A stretch of DNA of 64,000 nt from an uncultured delta proteobacterium (GTDB lineage Bacteria; Myxococcota; UBA727; VGSZ01). Position numbers and translations under genes: made by a program. Under the pieces are notes generated by a model. It saw nothing but the letters and a program-made list of their open reading frames with translations, was not told where the DNA came from and did not search any database. The DNA is taken from positions 428,282-492,281 of the forward strand of contig CAVZJB010000017.1 in NCBI GenBank assembly GCA_963775425.1. The letters run 5' to 3'. Each line of letters begins with the position of its first letter. Positions within the stretch are counted from its first letter, which is position 1. This document shows positions 10,845 through 22,793 of this stretch, piece by piece.

Positions 10845-12719
10845 TCACGTGGGCTCCGGAGGGAGGGCGGGGTGGGGCTTGCTCGAGCCGTCCTGCGTCG
10901 ACGCCGCGGGCCGCCCGGGAGCGGGCGAGGGGCTCGACGCGGGGACGAGGATGAGCGCGGCCTGCTTGAGCTTCTTGCGCGTCACGGGGCCGTCGGCGGG
11001 GGCGGGCGAGGGATTGCTGCGCGAGGGCCGGACCGCCGCCTGCGCCGCCGCGAAGAAGGGCGCGAGGTTGCCGGTGAGGAAGTGCATGGCCTGGTTGAGC
11101 TCTTCCGTGGCGAGGTTGGCGCCCTCGAGGACGGGGCGCTTGCCGATGAAGCGACCCGTCATGGCGTCGTGCAGCTCGACGAGCTGGTCCGCGGGCGACA
11201 GCGCCGCCTCCTCGGCGAGGATCTGGCTCGCGCGCCACAGGCAGCGCGTGCCGCCGCAGGCGCCCATGGACAAGCGCGTGCGCCGGCGGATGTCGACGAG
11301 CTTCTGCACCAATTCGCCCTTGGCCGCGTAGCGCACCTCCGCCTCGCACACGGGCTCGCAGGCGCACACGTGCGCCCCCTGCCGCGGGTCCGCTTCGCAG
11401 GCGGCGAGCATGCGCTTGCTGCGCGCGCCGTGGCGGTAGGCCATGCGCCCCACGGTGATGCGGCTTCGCGCCGGCTGCTTCCCCCCGGCGAGCCACGCCT
11501 CGACGTCGACGGGCTCCTCCGCGCCCGGCAACGGCCGCGTGTGCGTGGAGCATGGCGACGCGTTCCCCACGCGCTTGGCGACGAGATCGCTCACCTCCTC
11601 GGAGAGCTGGCGGTAGGCCGCGAGCTTGCCGCCCGCGACGGAGACGAGTCCGGGCACGCCCTGAGGCGCGTGGTCGTAGAATTCGTGCTCGCGCGAGAGC
11701 CGGTCTTCGTTCTTGCGCCACGCCCAGAGCGTGGGACGCACGCCGACGTAGGTCCGGCTCATGCGGTACTTGTCGATGGCGGGGAACACGCGGCGCGCGG
11801 CCTGCAGGATGTACTTCACCTCGTCCTCGGTGGCGCGCGGGTTGTCGAGGTCGCCGTAGTAGTCGTCGTCGGTGGTGCCGACGATGGAGCCGTTTTCGTG
11901 CGGCATGAGGAACATCTGCCGCCCGTCGACGCCGTCCATGACGATGCCGATGTTGGAGATGCGGTGGGGATACACGATGTGCACGCCCTTGCCCGGGCGC
12001 AGCCGGTACCACCCGCCCGCCAGCGCCGCCGTCCGCGGGCCCCACGCTCCGGTGGCGTTGATGACCACCGGCGCCGTGTGCGTGCTGCGCGCGCCCGTGG
12101 TGCGGCTCTCGACGACGACGCCGGTCACCGCGCCGCCGGCGTCCTTCACGAAGGACGCGAGCTCCGTGTACGTGAGGATCTCCGCGCCGTTCTCCACGGC
12201 GTCGACGGCGTTTTCCACGACGAGACGGAACGGATCGATGCCCCACTCGTCCATGGTCACGGCGCCGAGGATGTCCGGCGCGAGGCCGGGCTCGAGGGCG
12301 AGCGCCTCCTCGCGCGTGAGGCGCGTGTGGGGCTTGCCGCGCTTCAGCGGCTGGAATTCGTCGTACGCCTCGAAGAACACCTCTGCGAGCTCGAGGTAGA
12401 TCTGGTCGAGCGCGGTCTTCAGCGACGAGCCCGGCGGCGGCCGCGGGATGGGCACGATGAACGGGATGCGAAACAGGAGGTGGGGCGCGATGCGCTGGAT
12501 GTAGCCCGAGTCCGTGCACGCCATCCGCGTGGTGTGCACGTCGTAGCGCAGGTAGCGGATGCCGCCGTGGATCATCCCCGTGTTGGCGCCCGACGCGCCC
12601 TTGGCGAGGTCGTTCTTCTCGACGAGCAAAACCTTCATCCCGCGCAGCGAGCAGTCGCGCGCGATGCCGGCGCCGTTGACACCGCCGCCGAGGATGATGA
12701 CGTCATGTTCGTTGCTCAC
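10845..12719 (-). CDS. glpA: FAD-dependent glycerol-3-phosphate dehydrogenase subunit A with C-terminal BFD-like Cys cluster
   Basis: GGGVNGAGIARD, GMIHGGIRYL, GVRP, AGGKL, CACE...RRRTRLSMGACGGTRC. Confidence 0.85.
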   Translation of the reverse strand: MSNEHDVIILGGGVNGAGIARDCSLRGMKVLLVEKNDLAKGASGANTGMIHGGIRYLRYDVHTTRMACTDSGYIQRIAPHLLFRIPFIVPIPRPPPGSSLKTALDQIYLELAEVFFEAYDEFQPLKRGKPHTRLTREEALALEPGLAPDILGAVTMDEWGIDPFRLVVENAVDAVENGAEILTYTELASFVKDAGGAVTGVVVESRTTGARSTHTAPVVINATGAWGPRTAALAGGWYRLRPGKGVHIVYPHRISNIGIVMDGVDGRQMFLMPHENGSIVGTTDDDYYGDLDNPRATEDEVKYILQAARRVFPAIDKYRMSRTYVGVRPTLWAWRKNEDRLSREHEFYDHAPQGVPGLVSVAGGKLAAYRQLSEEVSDLVAKRVGNASPCSTHTRPLPGAEEPVDVEAWLAGGKQPARSRITVGRMAYRHGARSKRMLAACEADPRQGAHVCACEPVCEAEVRYAAKGELVQKLVDIRRRTRLSMGACGGTRCLWRASQILAEEAALSPADQLVELHDAMTGRFIGKRPVLEGANLATEELNQAMHFLTGNLAPFFAAAQAAVRPSRSNPSPAPADGPVTRKKLKQAALILVPASSPSPAPGRPAASTQDGSSKPHPALPPEPT

Positions 12720-12752
12720 CGGTCCCTAGATAGATCAACGCGTCGCGTCGTG

Positions 12753-14891
12753 TCATCGATTCTCGGCGGCCGCCCGGGGGACGAAGCGCGCGAGCACCTC
12801 GACGAGCTCCTCCACGCGCACCGGCTTGCGCACGACGGCGTTCATGCCCGCCTCGAGGCAGCGGTCGACGACCTCGGCGGTGGCGTCGGCGGTGACGGCG
12901 ATGATGGGGCTGTCCTTGGACCTGCCCACGCCGGCGCGCACCCGGCGGGTGGTCTCGATGCCGTCGAGCTCGGGCATCTGGCAATCCATGAGGACGACGT
13001 CGTAGCGCTCGCGCTCGAGCATCGCGATGCCGCGCGCGCCGTCCCGCGCCGCCTCGGCGGAGAGCCCGGCGTGGCTGAGCATGAGCATCAAGACCTTGCG
13101 GCTGACGTCGCTGTCCTCGACGACGAGCGCCCGGCCGTGCAGCCCGGCCTCGTGCGACGCGACGGACGGCGCGCCGTCGAGGGCGCGCAGCAGCGCCTCC
13201 ACGCGGACGCGGCGCACGGGCTTCACCAGGTGGCGAGCGTCCGGCCGCGCGCTGGCCTCCGTGCCCACGCCGACGACCACGCCCTGCCCGGGCGCGGCGG
13301 CGGGCGCGGCGGCCGCGCCTTCGTCGACGAAGGTGACGTCGACGGCGCCCTCCTCGAGCACGCTCACGCCCAGGCGCGACAGCTCGCTCACGAGCTGCGC
13401 GCGGGCGGTGGCGTTGTTCAGCAGGACGGCGGCGGTGTGGATGCGCACGAGCGGCGCCGGCGGGTGCGCCCCGTCGAGGATCCGCGCGGGCGCGGCGAAG
13501 GTGAAGCGGCTGCCGTGGCCCGGGGCCCCCTCCGCGCGGATCGCGCCGCCCATCAGCTTGGCCAGCCGCTGCGAGATGGCGAGGCCGAGCCCGGTGCCGC
13601 CGAAGCGCCGGGTGATCGACGCGTCGGCCTGCGTGAACGGTGTGAACAGGCGCGCCTTGGCGTAAGCGTCGAGGCCGACACCGGTGTCGCTCACGTCGAT
13701 GACCAGGCGGCCGTTGTCGATGCGCGCGTCGACGACCACTTCGCCGGCGGCCGTGAACTTCACGGCGTTGCTCACGAGGTTGATCACGATCTGCCGGATG
13801 CGCGCGCCGTCCCCGAGGAGCAGCGTCGGCAGGTCGGCGGCGCACCGCACCACCAGCTCCACGCCGCGCGCCGCAGCCGCCGCCGCGAACACCGCGCACG
13901 CGGCCTCGACGACGCTGCTCGGCGAGAACGGGTGCGCCTCGAGCTCGAGGCGGCCCGCGTCGATCTTGGAGAAGTCGAGCACGTCGTCGACGAGCGCGAG
14001 CAGCGCTTCACCCGAGGCCGTGATGACGTCGAGGTACTCCTGCTCGACCGCGCCGAGCGGCCGTCGCGCCAGAAGCTGCGTCATGCCGAGGATGCCGTTC
14101 AGCGGCGTGCGCAGCTCGTGCGAGATGTTGGCCACGAACTCGGTCTTTGCCCGCGCGGCGCTGATGAGCGCCTCCTCCACGCGCTTCTTGGCCGTGACGT
14201 CGCGGAGGACGCCGACGAGCACCGGCTGGCCGTCGGGATCGCGAAACGCGGCCTTGCGCGTGGACACGACGTGGACGTGGCCGGCGGCGTCGGTGAGCTC
14301 CTCTTCGTTCTCGTCGATGCCGCCGCTCTTGAACACGGCGTCGTCGTGCTCCCAGAACACGGAGGCCTGCTCCGCGGGGAAGTAGTCGGTGTCGGTGTGG
14401 TTGAGCAGCTCCGCGCGCGACCGCCCGACGAACTGGCAGAAGCCCTCGTTGAACGCGATCCACCGGTGCTGCCGGTCCTTGACGAACACCGGATCCGGCA
14501 GCGTGTTCAACAGGTCGCTGAGGAAGCGCAGGCTCTCCACCGGAGACTCGCTGTCCTCGCCGACCACGCCCGCGAGCCGCGCGGGATGGCCGCCCTCTCC
14601 GCGCTCGAGCACGCGCTCCTCGATGCGCACCGGCGCGTGCGGCTCGCGCAGCGTGAGAGACATGGTGTGCGCCTCCGCGTTGGCGAGCCCCTGACGCGCG
14701 TTCACGAGGCGGCCGCGGTCGTCGGCGACGACGGCGTCGGCGACGACGGCGCCGATCTGGAAGCCGAGCGCCTGCGCGCGTCGTGTGGCGAACTGCACGC
14801 GGAAGGCGCCGGAGCCGTCGGGGTCGGCGACGGCGACGTACGCCGCCAGCGCCCCGACGAGCCCTTCGAAGTCCTTCATCACGGCGCGCAC
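12753..14891 (-). CDS. Hybrid sensor histidine kinase (PAS-HisKA-HATPase-REC)
   Basis: PAS (LPDPVFVKD...NEGFC), ANISHELRTPL, NAVKFT, DTGVG, GGTGLGL, DVVLMDCQMP. Confidence 0.92.
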   Translation of the reverse strand: MRAVMKDFEGLVGALAAYVAVADPDGSGAFRVQFATRRAQALGFQIGAVVADAVVADDRGRLVNARQGLANAEAHTMSLTLREPHAPVRIEERVLERGEGGHPARLAGVVGEDSESPVESLRFLSDLLNTLPDPVFVKDRQHRWIAFNEGFCQFVGRSRAELLNHTDTDYFPAEQASVFWEHDDAVFKSGGIDENEEELTDAAGHVHVVSTRKAAFRDPDGQPVLVGVLRDVTAKKRVEEALISAARAKTEFVANISHELRTPLNGILGMTQLLARRPLGAVEQEYLDVITASGEALLALVDDVLDFSKIDAGRLELEAHPFSPSSVVEAACAVFAAAAAARGVELVVRCAADLPTLLLGDGARIRQIVINLVSNAVKFTAAGEVVVDARIDNGRLVIDVSDTGVGLDAYAKARLFTPFTQADASITRRFGGTGLGLAISQRLAKLMGGAIRAEGAPGHGSRFTFAAPARILDGAHPPAPLVRIHTAAVLLNNATARAQLVSELSRLGVSVLEEGAVDVTFVDEGAAAAPAAAPGQGVVVGVGTEASARPDARHLVKPVRRVRVEALLRALDGAPSVASHEAGLHGRALVVEDSDVSRKVLMLMLSHAGLSAEAARDGARGIAMLERERYDVVLMDCQMPELDGIETTRRVRAGVGRSKDSPIIAVTADATAEVVDRCLEAGMNAVVRKPVRVEELVEVLARFVPRAAAENR

Positions 14892-14906
14892 CCCGTCGGG
14901 TGCACG

Positions 14907-16748
<1,842 letters not shown>

Positions 16749-16822
16749 CGAGAGTCTCCGGGGCGCGAGGGTGCGGCCCAACGACTCCGACGTCAACCGT
16801 CAAGATCGATTCACCGACGGGG

Positions 16823-17941
16823 TCAGCTCGGCGCGATGACGCGAATCGGCTCGTCGACCCCGACGCCTTCGGCGAAGCGGCGCAAGCGCTCGACGAGCGG
16901 CGCGGTGAGCTGCTGGCCGCCTTGCACGAGCAGCGCGCCGTTCTTGGCCCGCACGGCGTCGACGAGGTGCATGCCGGGGCGCAGGCCGTCGACGAGCACC
17001 ACGCGCTCCACGCCGTTTTCGCCGCCGAGCACGACGTCGGCGAGGAATTCGGAGAGCGTGGCGTCGAAGCCGGCGAGCTGGGGGCGCGTCAGGCCCGGGA
17101 GCTCGTGCGGCTTCTTCCCCTCCAGGATCAGCTCGGCCGCCACCACCCCCACCCGCACCAACGCGGCGCCGAAGGACACCTCGTCGCCCGGCGCGTCCAC
17201 GCCGCGCTCGTTCTGCCTGGCCACGATGGCGGCGACCTCGTCGAGGCGGGGCACGGCCGTCAGGAGCTTGCTGCCGGTCTCGGGGTGACGATTGAAGAGG
17301 GCCCGATCGGCGGCCGACACCGCCCCCCCGCGCAACACCCGCGTGAGGACGTCGGGCGGCACCGCGATGCAGCCGAGCGAGCTCAGCATCGCCGCCGCCT
17401 CGATCTTCCAGCTCGGCGGCCTGCCGAGCTTCTTTTCGAGGTGATGCACGATCACCTTGGCGATGCCGGCGGCGCGGAACGCCGCGGGGGCGGCCAGGGC
17501 CAACACGTCGACGAGCAGGCGAATGACGCCGTTCACCGTCTCCTCGAGCAGCTCGCGCTCCGCGGTGACGAGGCGGTGGTGCTCGACGCCGGCGCGGATG
17601 GCGCCCGCGAGCTCGTCCGCTGGGCACGGCTTCAACAAGAAGCGAAAGAGCTGCCCGTCGTTCACCGCGCGGATCGCGTCGCGCATGTCGGACTGCCCGG
17701 TGAGCAGGATGCGCGACACGTCGGGAACGCGGACGCGCACGCGGGCGAGGAACGTGGCGCCGTCCATGCCGGGCATGCGCATGTCGGAGACGACCACGCT
17801 CACGGGCGCCTGCTCGAGGCGCATGAGCCCGTCGGCGCCGGAGTGCGCGACCACGACGTCGAAGTCCTCGCTGAGCACACGAGCCATCCCGTCGAGGAGC
17901 CTCGTGTCGTCGTCGACGCAGAGGACGCGCGGGGGACTCAT
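16823..17941 (-). CDS. Response regulator, REC plus degenerate HD-like domain
   Basis: VLCVDDD...SDMRMPGMDG...KP; HD-like region has AAMLSSLG where HDIG is expected, then HPETG. Confidence 0.85.
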   Translation of the reverse strand: MSPPRVLCVDDDTRLLDGMARVLSEDFDVVVAHSGADGLMRLEQAPVSVVVSDMRMPGMDGATFLARVRVRVPDVSRILLTGQSDMRDAIRAVNDGQLFRFLLKPCPADELAGAIRAGVEHHRLVTAERELLEETVNGVIRLLVDVLALAAPAAFRAAGIAKVIVHHLEKKLGRPPSWKIEAAAMLSSLGCIAVPPDVLTRVLRGGAVSAADRALFNRHPETGSKLLTAVPRLDEVAAIVARQNERGVDAPGDEVSFGAALVRVGVVAAELILEGKKPHELPGLTRPQLAGFDATLSEFLADVVLGGENGVERVVLVDGLRPGMHLVDAVRAKNGALLVQGGQQLTAPLVERLRRFAEGVGVDEPIRVIAPS

Positions 17942-19086
17942 GTGACCGTCCCGCGCGCCGCGGCGAGCGTCTTTTCGGCGTCCGCGCCGAGGAGCCTCGT
18001 GACGCGTTCGACGTCGGGCTCCGCGCCCTCGGCCGTCGCCATCGCGACGTGCACCAGGGCGGCCAGCCGGCCGTGCTCGGGCAGCGCCCCGGTGGGCTCG
18101 TGGTGCCAACGCACGGCGTCGACGATGGACAGCGGCAGCCCCCACAGGCCGAGCAGGTACGCGCCGACCTCGGGGTGGGTCGCGCCGATGACCTCGCGCT
18201 CGACGGCCTCGCGCGGCTCGCCCGCGGCCGCGCGCTGCTCGACGACGTCGTACTCGTCCGGCGACACCATCGCGAGGACCAGGCGGCCGATGTCGCCGAG
18301 GAGCGCGGCCATGAACGCGTCGTGGTTGCCTCGCGCGACGGCGCTCACGACGCGGGCGGCGTTGAGGGCGCGCTCCTGCATCTGTTCGAGGTGCGCCGAG
18401 CGCGCCATCTGCCGGGCCGCTTGGTTGCGGGTCTGGTCGAAGACCGCGACCATGAGCATGAGCGCCTGGAGGGTGCGCAGCCCGAGGCGCGCCACGGCGG
18501 CCTCGAGCGTGGTGACCTGCTGCACGCCCGCGAACAACGCCGAGCTCGCGAGCTGCATCGTCTTGGCCGACACCGCGGGGTCGCGGCGGACGACGGCGAC
18601 GATGTCGGCGACGGCGGCCTTCGGGTCGTTCAGCTTCTTGGACAGCTCGGTGTAGATGGCTGGGATGACGGGGAGCTTGTCGACGGAGCCCACCGCCGCG
18701 CGCACCGCCGGCGACGCCAACAAATCCCGGAGGCGCCCCGCGCGCGCCACCGCCTTCTCGAGGATCTCGCCGTTGCACGGCTTGAGCAGGAACTGGTGCG
18801 CGTGCGTCACCGCCTTCAGCGCGAGCTGCTCGTCCATGTGCCCCGACAGCACCATGCGGACGACGTCGGGGCAGCGCTCGTGCACCTTGGCGAGGAGCTG
18901 CGCCCCATCCATCCCGGGCATGTGCATGTCGGTGATCAGGACGTCGTAGGGGTCCGCTGTGAGCGCTTCGAGGGCCGCGGCGCCTGTGGTGAAGCAGCGA
19001 ATGTCGATGTCGTCGATCCGGTCGCGCAGCACGCGCGCGAGCCCCTCGAGTACGCGGATCTCGTCGTCGACGAGCATGAGCCTCAT
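17938..19086 (-). CDS. Response regulator, REC-HDOD
   Basis: MLVDDE...TDMHMPGMDG; HDOD motifs LPVIP, DPAVSAK, LLGDIG, HPEVGAYLLGLWGLP, WHH. Confidence 0.9.
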   Translation of the reverse strand: MRLMLVDDEIRVLEGLARVLRDRIDDIDIRCFTTGAAALEALTADPYDVLITDMHMPGMDGAQLLAKVHERCPDVVRMVLSGHMDEQLALKAVTHAHQFLLKPCNGEILEKAVARAGRLRDLLASPAVRAAVGSVDKLPVIPAIYTELSKKLNDPKAAVADIVAVVRRDPAVSAKTMQLASSALFAGVQQVTTLEAAVARLGLRTLQALMLMVAVFDQTRNQAARQMARSAHLEQMQERALNAARVVSAVARGNHDAFMAALLGDIGRLVLAMVSPDEYDVVEQRAAAGEPREAVEREVIGATHPEVGAYLLGLWGLPLSIVDAVRWHHEPTGALPEHGRLAALVHVAMATAEGAEPDVERVTRLLGADAEKTLAAARGTVT

Positions 19087-20063
19087 GTCGAACCTCCGGT
19101 CGACACGCGGGAGAGCATGTCGTTGGCGGCGGTGTCACCGAGGAGCACCGCCAATGCGTGGGCGTCGACGGCGGCGCCGTCGGCGATGGTGGAACCGACG
19201 TAGCAGGCGGCGGTGAGGCGGATGTCGCCGCCGCGGGCCGCGAGCGGATCGTGGTGCGCGCGCACCGCCTCGACGACCGGCAGCGGGAAGCCCCAGACGC
19301 CGAGGAGGTAGGCGCCGATCTCCGGGTGCGTGGCGCCGAGCACCTCCCGCTCGACCCTGAGGCGCTCCTCGCCCGAGCCGACCCGCGCCGAGACGACGTC
19401 GACCTCCGCCGGCGCCGACATCGCCGCCGCGAGGAGGCCGAGATCCGCGAGCAGGGCGGCCGCCCACGTGTCGGCTCGCTCGTCGAGGATGCCGCCGGCG
19501 AGGGCTGCCCCGGCCTCGAGGTGGGTGCGCAGCTCGGAGAGCCGGGCGCTGCGCGCGAGCTCGGGGCACGAGGCCGCGGCGGCGAAGAGCGCGTCGCACG
19601 CCGCCGCGGCGCGGGCGCCGGTGCTGGCCCCGGCGCGGCCCGCCGGCGCCAGGCGCGCGGACCCGCCGGCGACGCGCTTCACCGCGGCGTCGGCGAGGAG
19701 CCCGCGGACGCGGCCGGCCCGGCGGACGGTGTCTCTCAGCTCGTCGCTGGCGCAGGGCTTCTCCAGGAAGTGATGCGCGTGGAGGGAAGCGCGCGCCGCG
19801 GCGGACGCGTCCATCTGGCCGCTCAACACGATGCGCACCAGATCCGGACGGCAAGCGCTGGCGAGCTCGAGGAGCCGCGCGCCGTCCATGCCTGGCATGC
19901 GCATATCGGTCAGGAGCAGATCGAAGGGCTCGGCCTCGAGCGCACGCAGCGCCGAAGGGCCGTCGGCGAAGGCGCGGATATCCAGGTCCTTGGCGCACCC
20001 GCGCAGCACGCGGCTCAACGCGCGGCGGACGTAGTCCTCGTCGTCTACGAGCATCACCTTCAT
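19083..20063 (-). CDS. Response regulator, REC plus internally shortened HDOD
   Basis: MKVMLVDDED...TDMRMPGMDG and HPEIGAYLLGVWGFP; clear paralog of the adjacent gene but missing part of the HDOD N-half. Confidence 0.82.
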   Translation of the reverse strand: MKVMLVDDEDYVRRALSRVLRGCAKDLDIRAFADGPSALRALEAEPFDLLLTDMRMPGMDGARLLELASACRPDLVRIVLSGQMDASAAARASLHAHHFLEKPCASDELRDTVRRAGRVRGLLADAAVKRVAGGSARLAPAGRAGASTGARAAAACDALFAAAASCPELARSARLSELRTHLEAGAALAGGILDERADTWAAALLADLGLLAAAMSAPAEVDVVSARVGSGEERLRVEREVLGATHPEIGAYLLGVWGFPLPVVEAVRAHHDPLAARGGDIRLTAACYVGSTIADGAAVDAHALAVLLGDTAANDMLSRVSTGGST

Positions 20064-20253
20064 GGGCGCCCACCCCCCCGTGCCGCTCCCTGCGGGATGC
20101 CATCGGCCGGGAGAGCCCGGATTCTGAAGTGCCGGATCCGCCGGCCGCGCCCACGTCGTCCATGGGGATCCCATCGGCCGGCGCGCGGTCGGCTGAAGGG
20201 CGGGGCGCGGCGGCTTGTTCGCCGCTCCCGCGGCGGCGCGCCAGGACCCCGGG

Positions 20254-21716
20254 TCAGCGCCCCCGGCGCCCGAGGATCTCGCCGACCTTGGCGAGGAGCG
20301 CCGCCGGCCGGGCCGGCTTTTGCAGGAAGTCGATCTCCTCGGTGGACACGCCATGGGCGACGATCTCGTCGTCGCTGTAGCCGGAGGTGTACAGCACGGG
20401 CAGATCCGGGCGGCTCTTCTCGACCCGCGCCGCGAGCTCGCGCCCGCTCATGCCCGGCATGGCGATGTCCGTGAGGAGCAGGTCGACCCGACGCGCGGGA
20501 TCGGCCAGGAGCGCGAGCGCCTCCTCGCCCCCGCCTGCGGCGATGACGGTGTGGCCGCCGGCCTCGAGCGCGCGCACCGTCGCCCGCCGCAGCGCGGCGT
20601 CGTCGTCGACGACGACGACCACGGCCGCGGCTCCCTGCGCGGCGACGACGGGCGCGGCGCGCGCTCGGCCCCGGCCGCGCCGCCGCTGGCCGCGGGCAGG
20701 ATGACGTCGAAGCGCGCGCCCTTGCCCGCCTCGCTCGTGACCTCGATGGCGCCGCCCGACTGCTTCACGATCCCGTAGCACGTGGCGAGGCCGAGGCCCG
20801 TCCCGCGCCCCTCGGGCTTGGTGGTGAAGAAGGGCTCGAAGATGTGGTCGAGGTGCTCGGCCGCGATGCCCTCGCCGCTGTCGGCGACGCTCAAGCGCAC
20901 GCGCCCGCCGGCCTCGGTCGTGGTCACGCGAATGGTGCCGCCGCCAGGCATGGCGTCGCGCGCGTTGACGACGAGGTTCATGATGACCTGCTCGAGCTGA
21001 CCCTTGTCCGCATGCACCGGCGGCAGCCCCGGGTCCAGCTCCGTGAAGAGCGCCACGGACTCGCCGATGAGCCGGCGCAGCATGGACTCCAGACCGGCGA
21101 CGATGTCGTTCAGCGACAGCGTGGTGGGCGACAGCACCTGCTTGCGCGAAAACGCGAGCAACTGACGCGTGAGCTGCGACGCCCGCAGCGTGGCGTCCAT
21201 GATCTCCTCGAGGCCGGTGCGCAGCGAGGACGCGTCGACGTCGGCGTGCTCGGCGAGCTCGACGAGGGCCATCTCGGCGTTCATCATCATGACGCTCAAG
21301 AGGTTGTTGAAGTCGTGGGCCACGCCGCCGGCGAGCCGCCCCACCGTCTCCATCTTCTGCGATTGGTGGAACATCTCCTGGGCTTTGTAGAGCTCGCGCG
21401 TCCGCTCTGTCACCCGCTGCTCGAGCGTGGAGTTCAGCTCCTCGAAGCCGCGCAGGGTCATCTCGAACGGCGCGAGCGCCTCGGCGAGGAAGCGGTTGGC
21501 CTCGCGCGTGGCGGCGACGCGATCGGCGACGCCGGTGAGCACGCTGTCCTCGGCGGTGCCGTGCAGGCCCGCGAGCTCGACGACGCCACGGCCCTCGTCG
21601 ATGAGCGCGCGCCCGACCTCGTAGGCGCGCTCGAGCGCCGCCTCGCCGCCGCCCTCGAGGAAGCTCTCGAGCGCGCGGCGGTACCGCTCCTGGAGATCCT
21701 CGGCGTCACCGAGCAT
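20254..21716 (-). CDS. Hybrid histidine kinase RsbU_N-HisKA-HATPase-REC, frame-broken before REC
   Basis: YRRALESFL...[12 protein letters not shown] (RsbU_N-like), [23 protein letters not shown]...GTGLGL. REC (VVVDDD...[12 protein letters not shown]...KP) lies in the -1 frame ending at 20254; break at about 20640-20695. Confidence 0.82.
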
Positions 21717-22386
21717 CGCGCTCCCCCTCGGACGCACGATCGCCGCTCTCCGCCGCGCGACGCAGCCGCGCGACGAGCACGAGCGCGTCGTCCTTCTCGA
21801 TGGCGTGCTGCTCGAGGAGCAGCCGGGCGACTTGCTCCGCCGACGAGCCGCGCGCCGCGGCGTCGTCGAGGACGGCCCCCGGCACGCCGTCGGTGGCGAG
21901 GACGAGGACGTCGCCGGGCGCCACCGGGATGTCGCGCACGACGAGCCGCGGCAGGCGCTCGCCGACGATCCCGCCGACGCACAGCAGGCGCTCCCGTTGC
22001 GCCGCGCCCGTCGGGGAGCGGGACGCGAGCACGACAGCGCGGCGCACGACGCCCTCCACGTTCCCGACGCCAATCCACTCGAGCACCGGCCGCGTCCTCG
22101 AGAACCACGCGGCGCTCATCACGGCGCCGCGCGTCCGCCGCGCCGCCTCGTGGCACGACGCGACGAGGACCTGCAGCGGCGGAGCGGCGGGCAGGCTCTC
22201 CACGACGCGGACGACGGCGGCGGACGCGACGCGTGCCTCTTCCCCGTGTCCGATGCCGTCGATGACGGTGACGAGCACACCCTCTGGAAAGCTCCGGACG
22301 CAACAGGCGTCGCCCGAGACCTCGAAGCCGGGCTTGGGCCGTGCGGCGACGGCCCAGTCGACGAGCGGCTCGTGCTCGTTCGTCAT
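21706..22386 (-). CDS. rsbX: RsbX-like PP2C/SpoIIE phosphatase
   Basis: SGDA, IDGIGHG, TRGAV, GVGNV, LATDG, DDA motifs; follows rsbT. Confidence 0.85.
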   Translation of the reverse strand: MTNEHEPLVDWAVAARPKPGFEVSGDACCVRSFPEGVLVTVIDGIGHGEEARVASAAVVRVVESLPAAPPLQVLVASCHEAARRTRGAVMSAAWFSRTRPVLEWIGVGNVEGVVRRAVVLASRSPTGAAQRERLLCVGGIVGERLPRLVVRDIPVAPGDVLVLATDGVPGAVLDDAAARGSSAEQVARLLLEQHAIEKDDALVLVARLRRAAESGDRASEGERDAR

Positions 22387-22793
22387 CGCCGCGACGCCCA
22401 CTTGGTCATCGTGACGGTGGTGCCCTGCCCCACCACCGACCGGACCTCGAAGTCGTCCATGAGCCGCCGCGCGCCGGGCAGGCCGAGGCCGAGGCTTCGC
22501 CCCGTCGAGTACCCATCGCGCATGGCCGCGTCGACGTCGGAGATGCCCGGGCCCTCGTCGTGAGCGATGACGACGATGCCGCTGCGGCCGCCGTCTTGCG
22601 CGGCGGCGAAGCGCACCTCGCCCTTGCCCGCGTATTTCAGGATGTTGCGCGCGACCTCGGAGATGGCGGTGGCGACGAGGGTGAGGTCGGCGCCCTTGAC
22701 GCCGAGCTCCTCCGCCAGCCTTCGACCCCGCTGGCGCGCCTCGATGATGTCTTCTTCGCGCCCGATGGGAACGCGCTCATCGACCGTGGGCAT
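22383..22793 (-). CDS. rsbT: Stressosome switch kinase RsbT
   Basis: ATAISEVARNILKYAGKG, DEGPGI, DGYST...LGLGLPGARRLMDDF. Confidence 0.93.
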   Translation of the reverse strand: MPTVDERVPIGREEDIIEARQRGRRLAEELGVKGADLTLVATAISEVARNILKYAGKGEVRFAAAQDGGRSGIVVIAHDEGPGISDVDAAMRDGYSTGRSLGLGLPGARRLMDDFEVRSVVGQGTTVTMTKWASRR

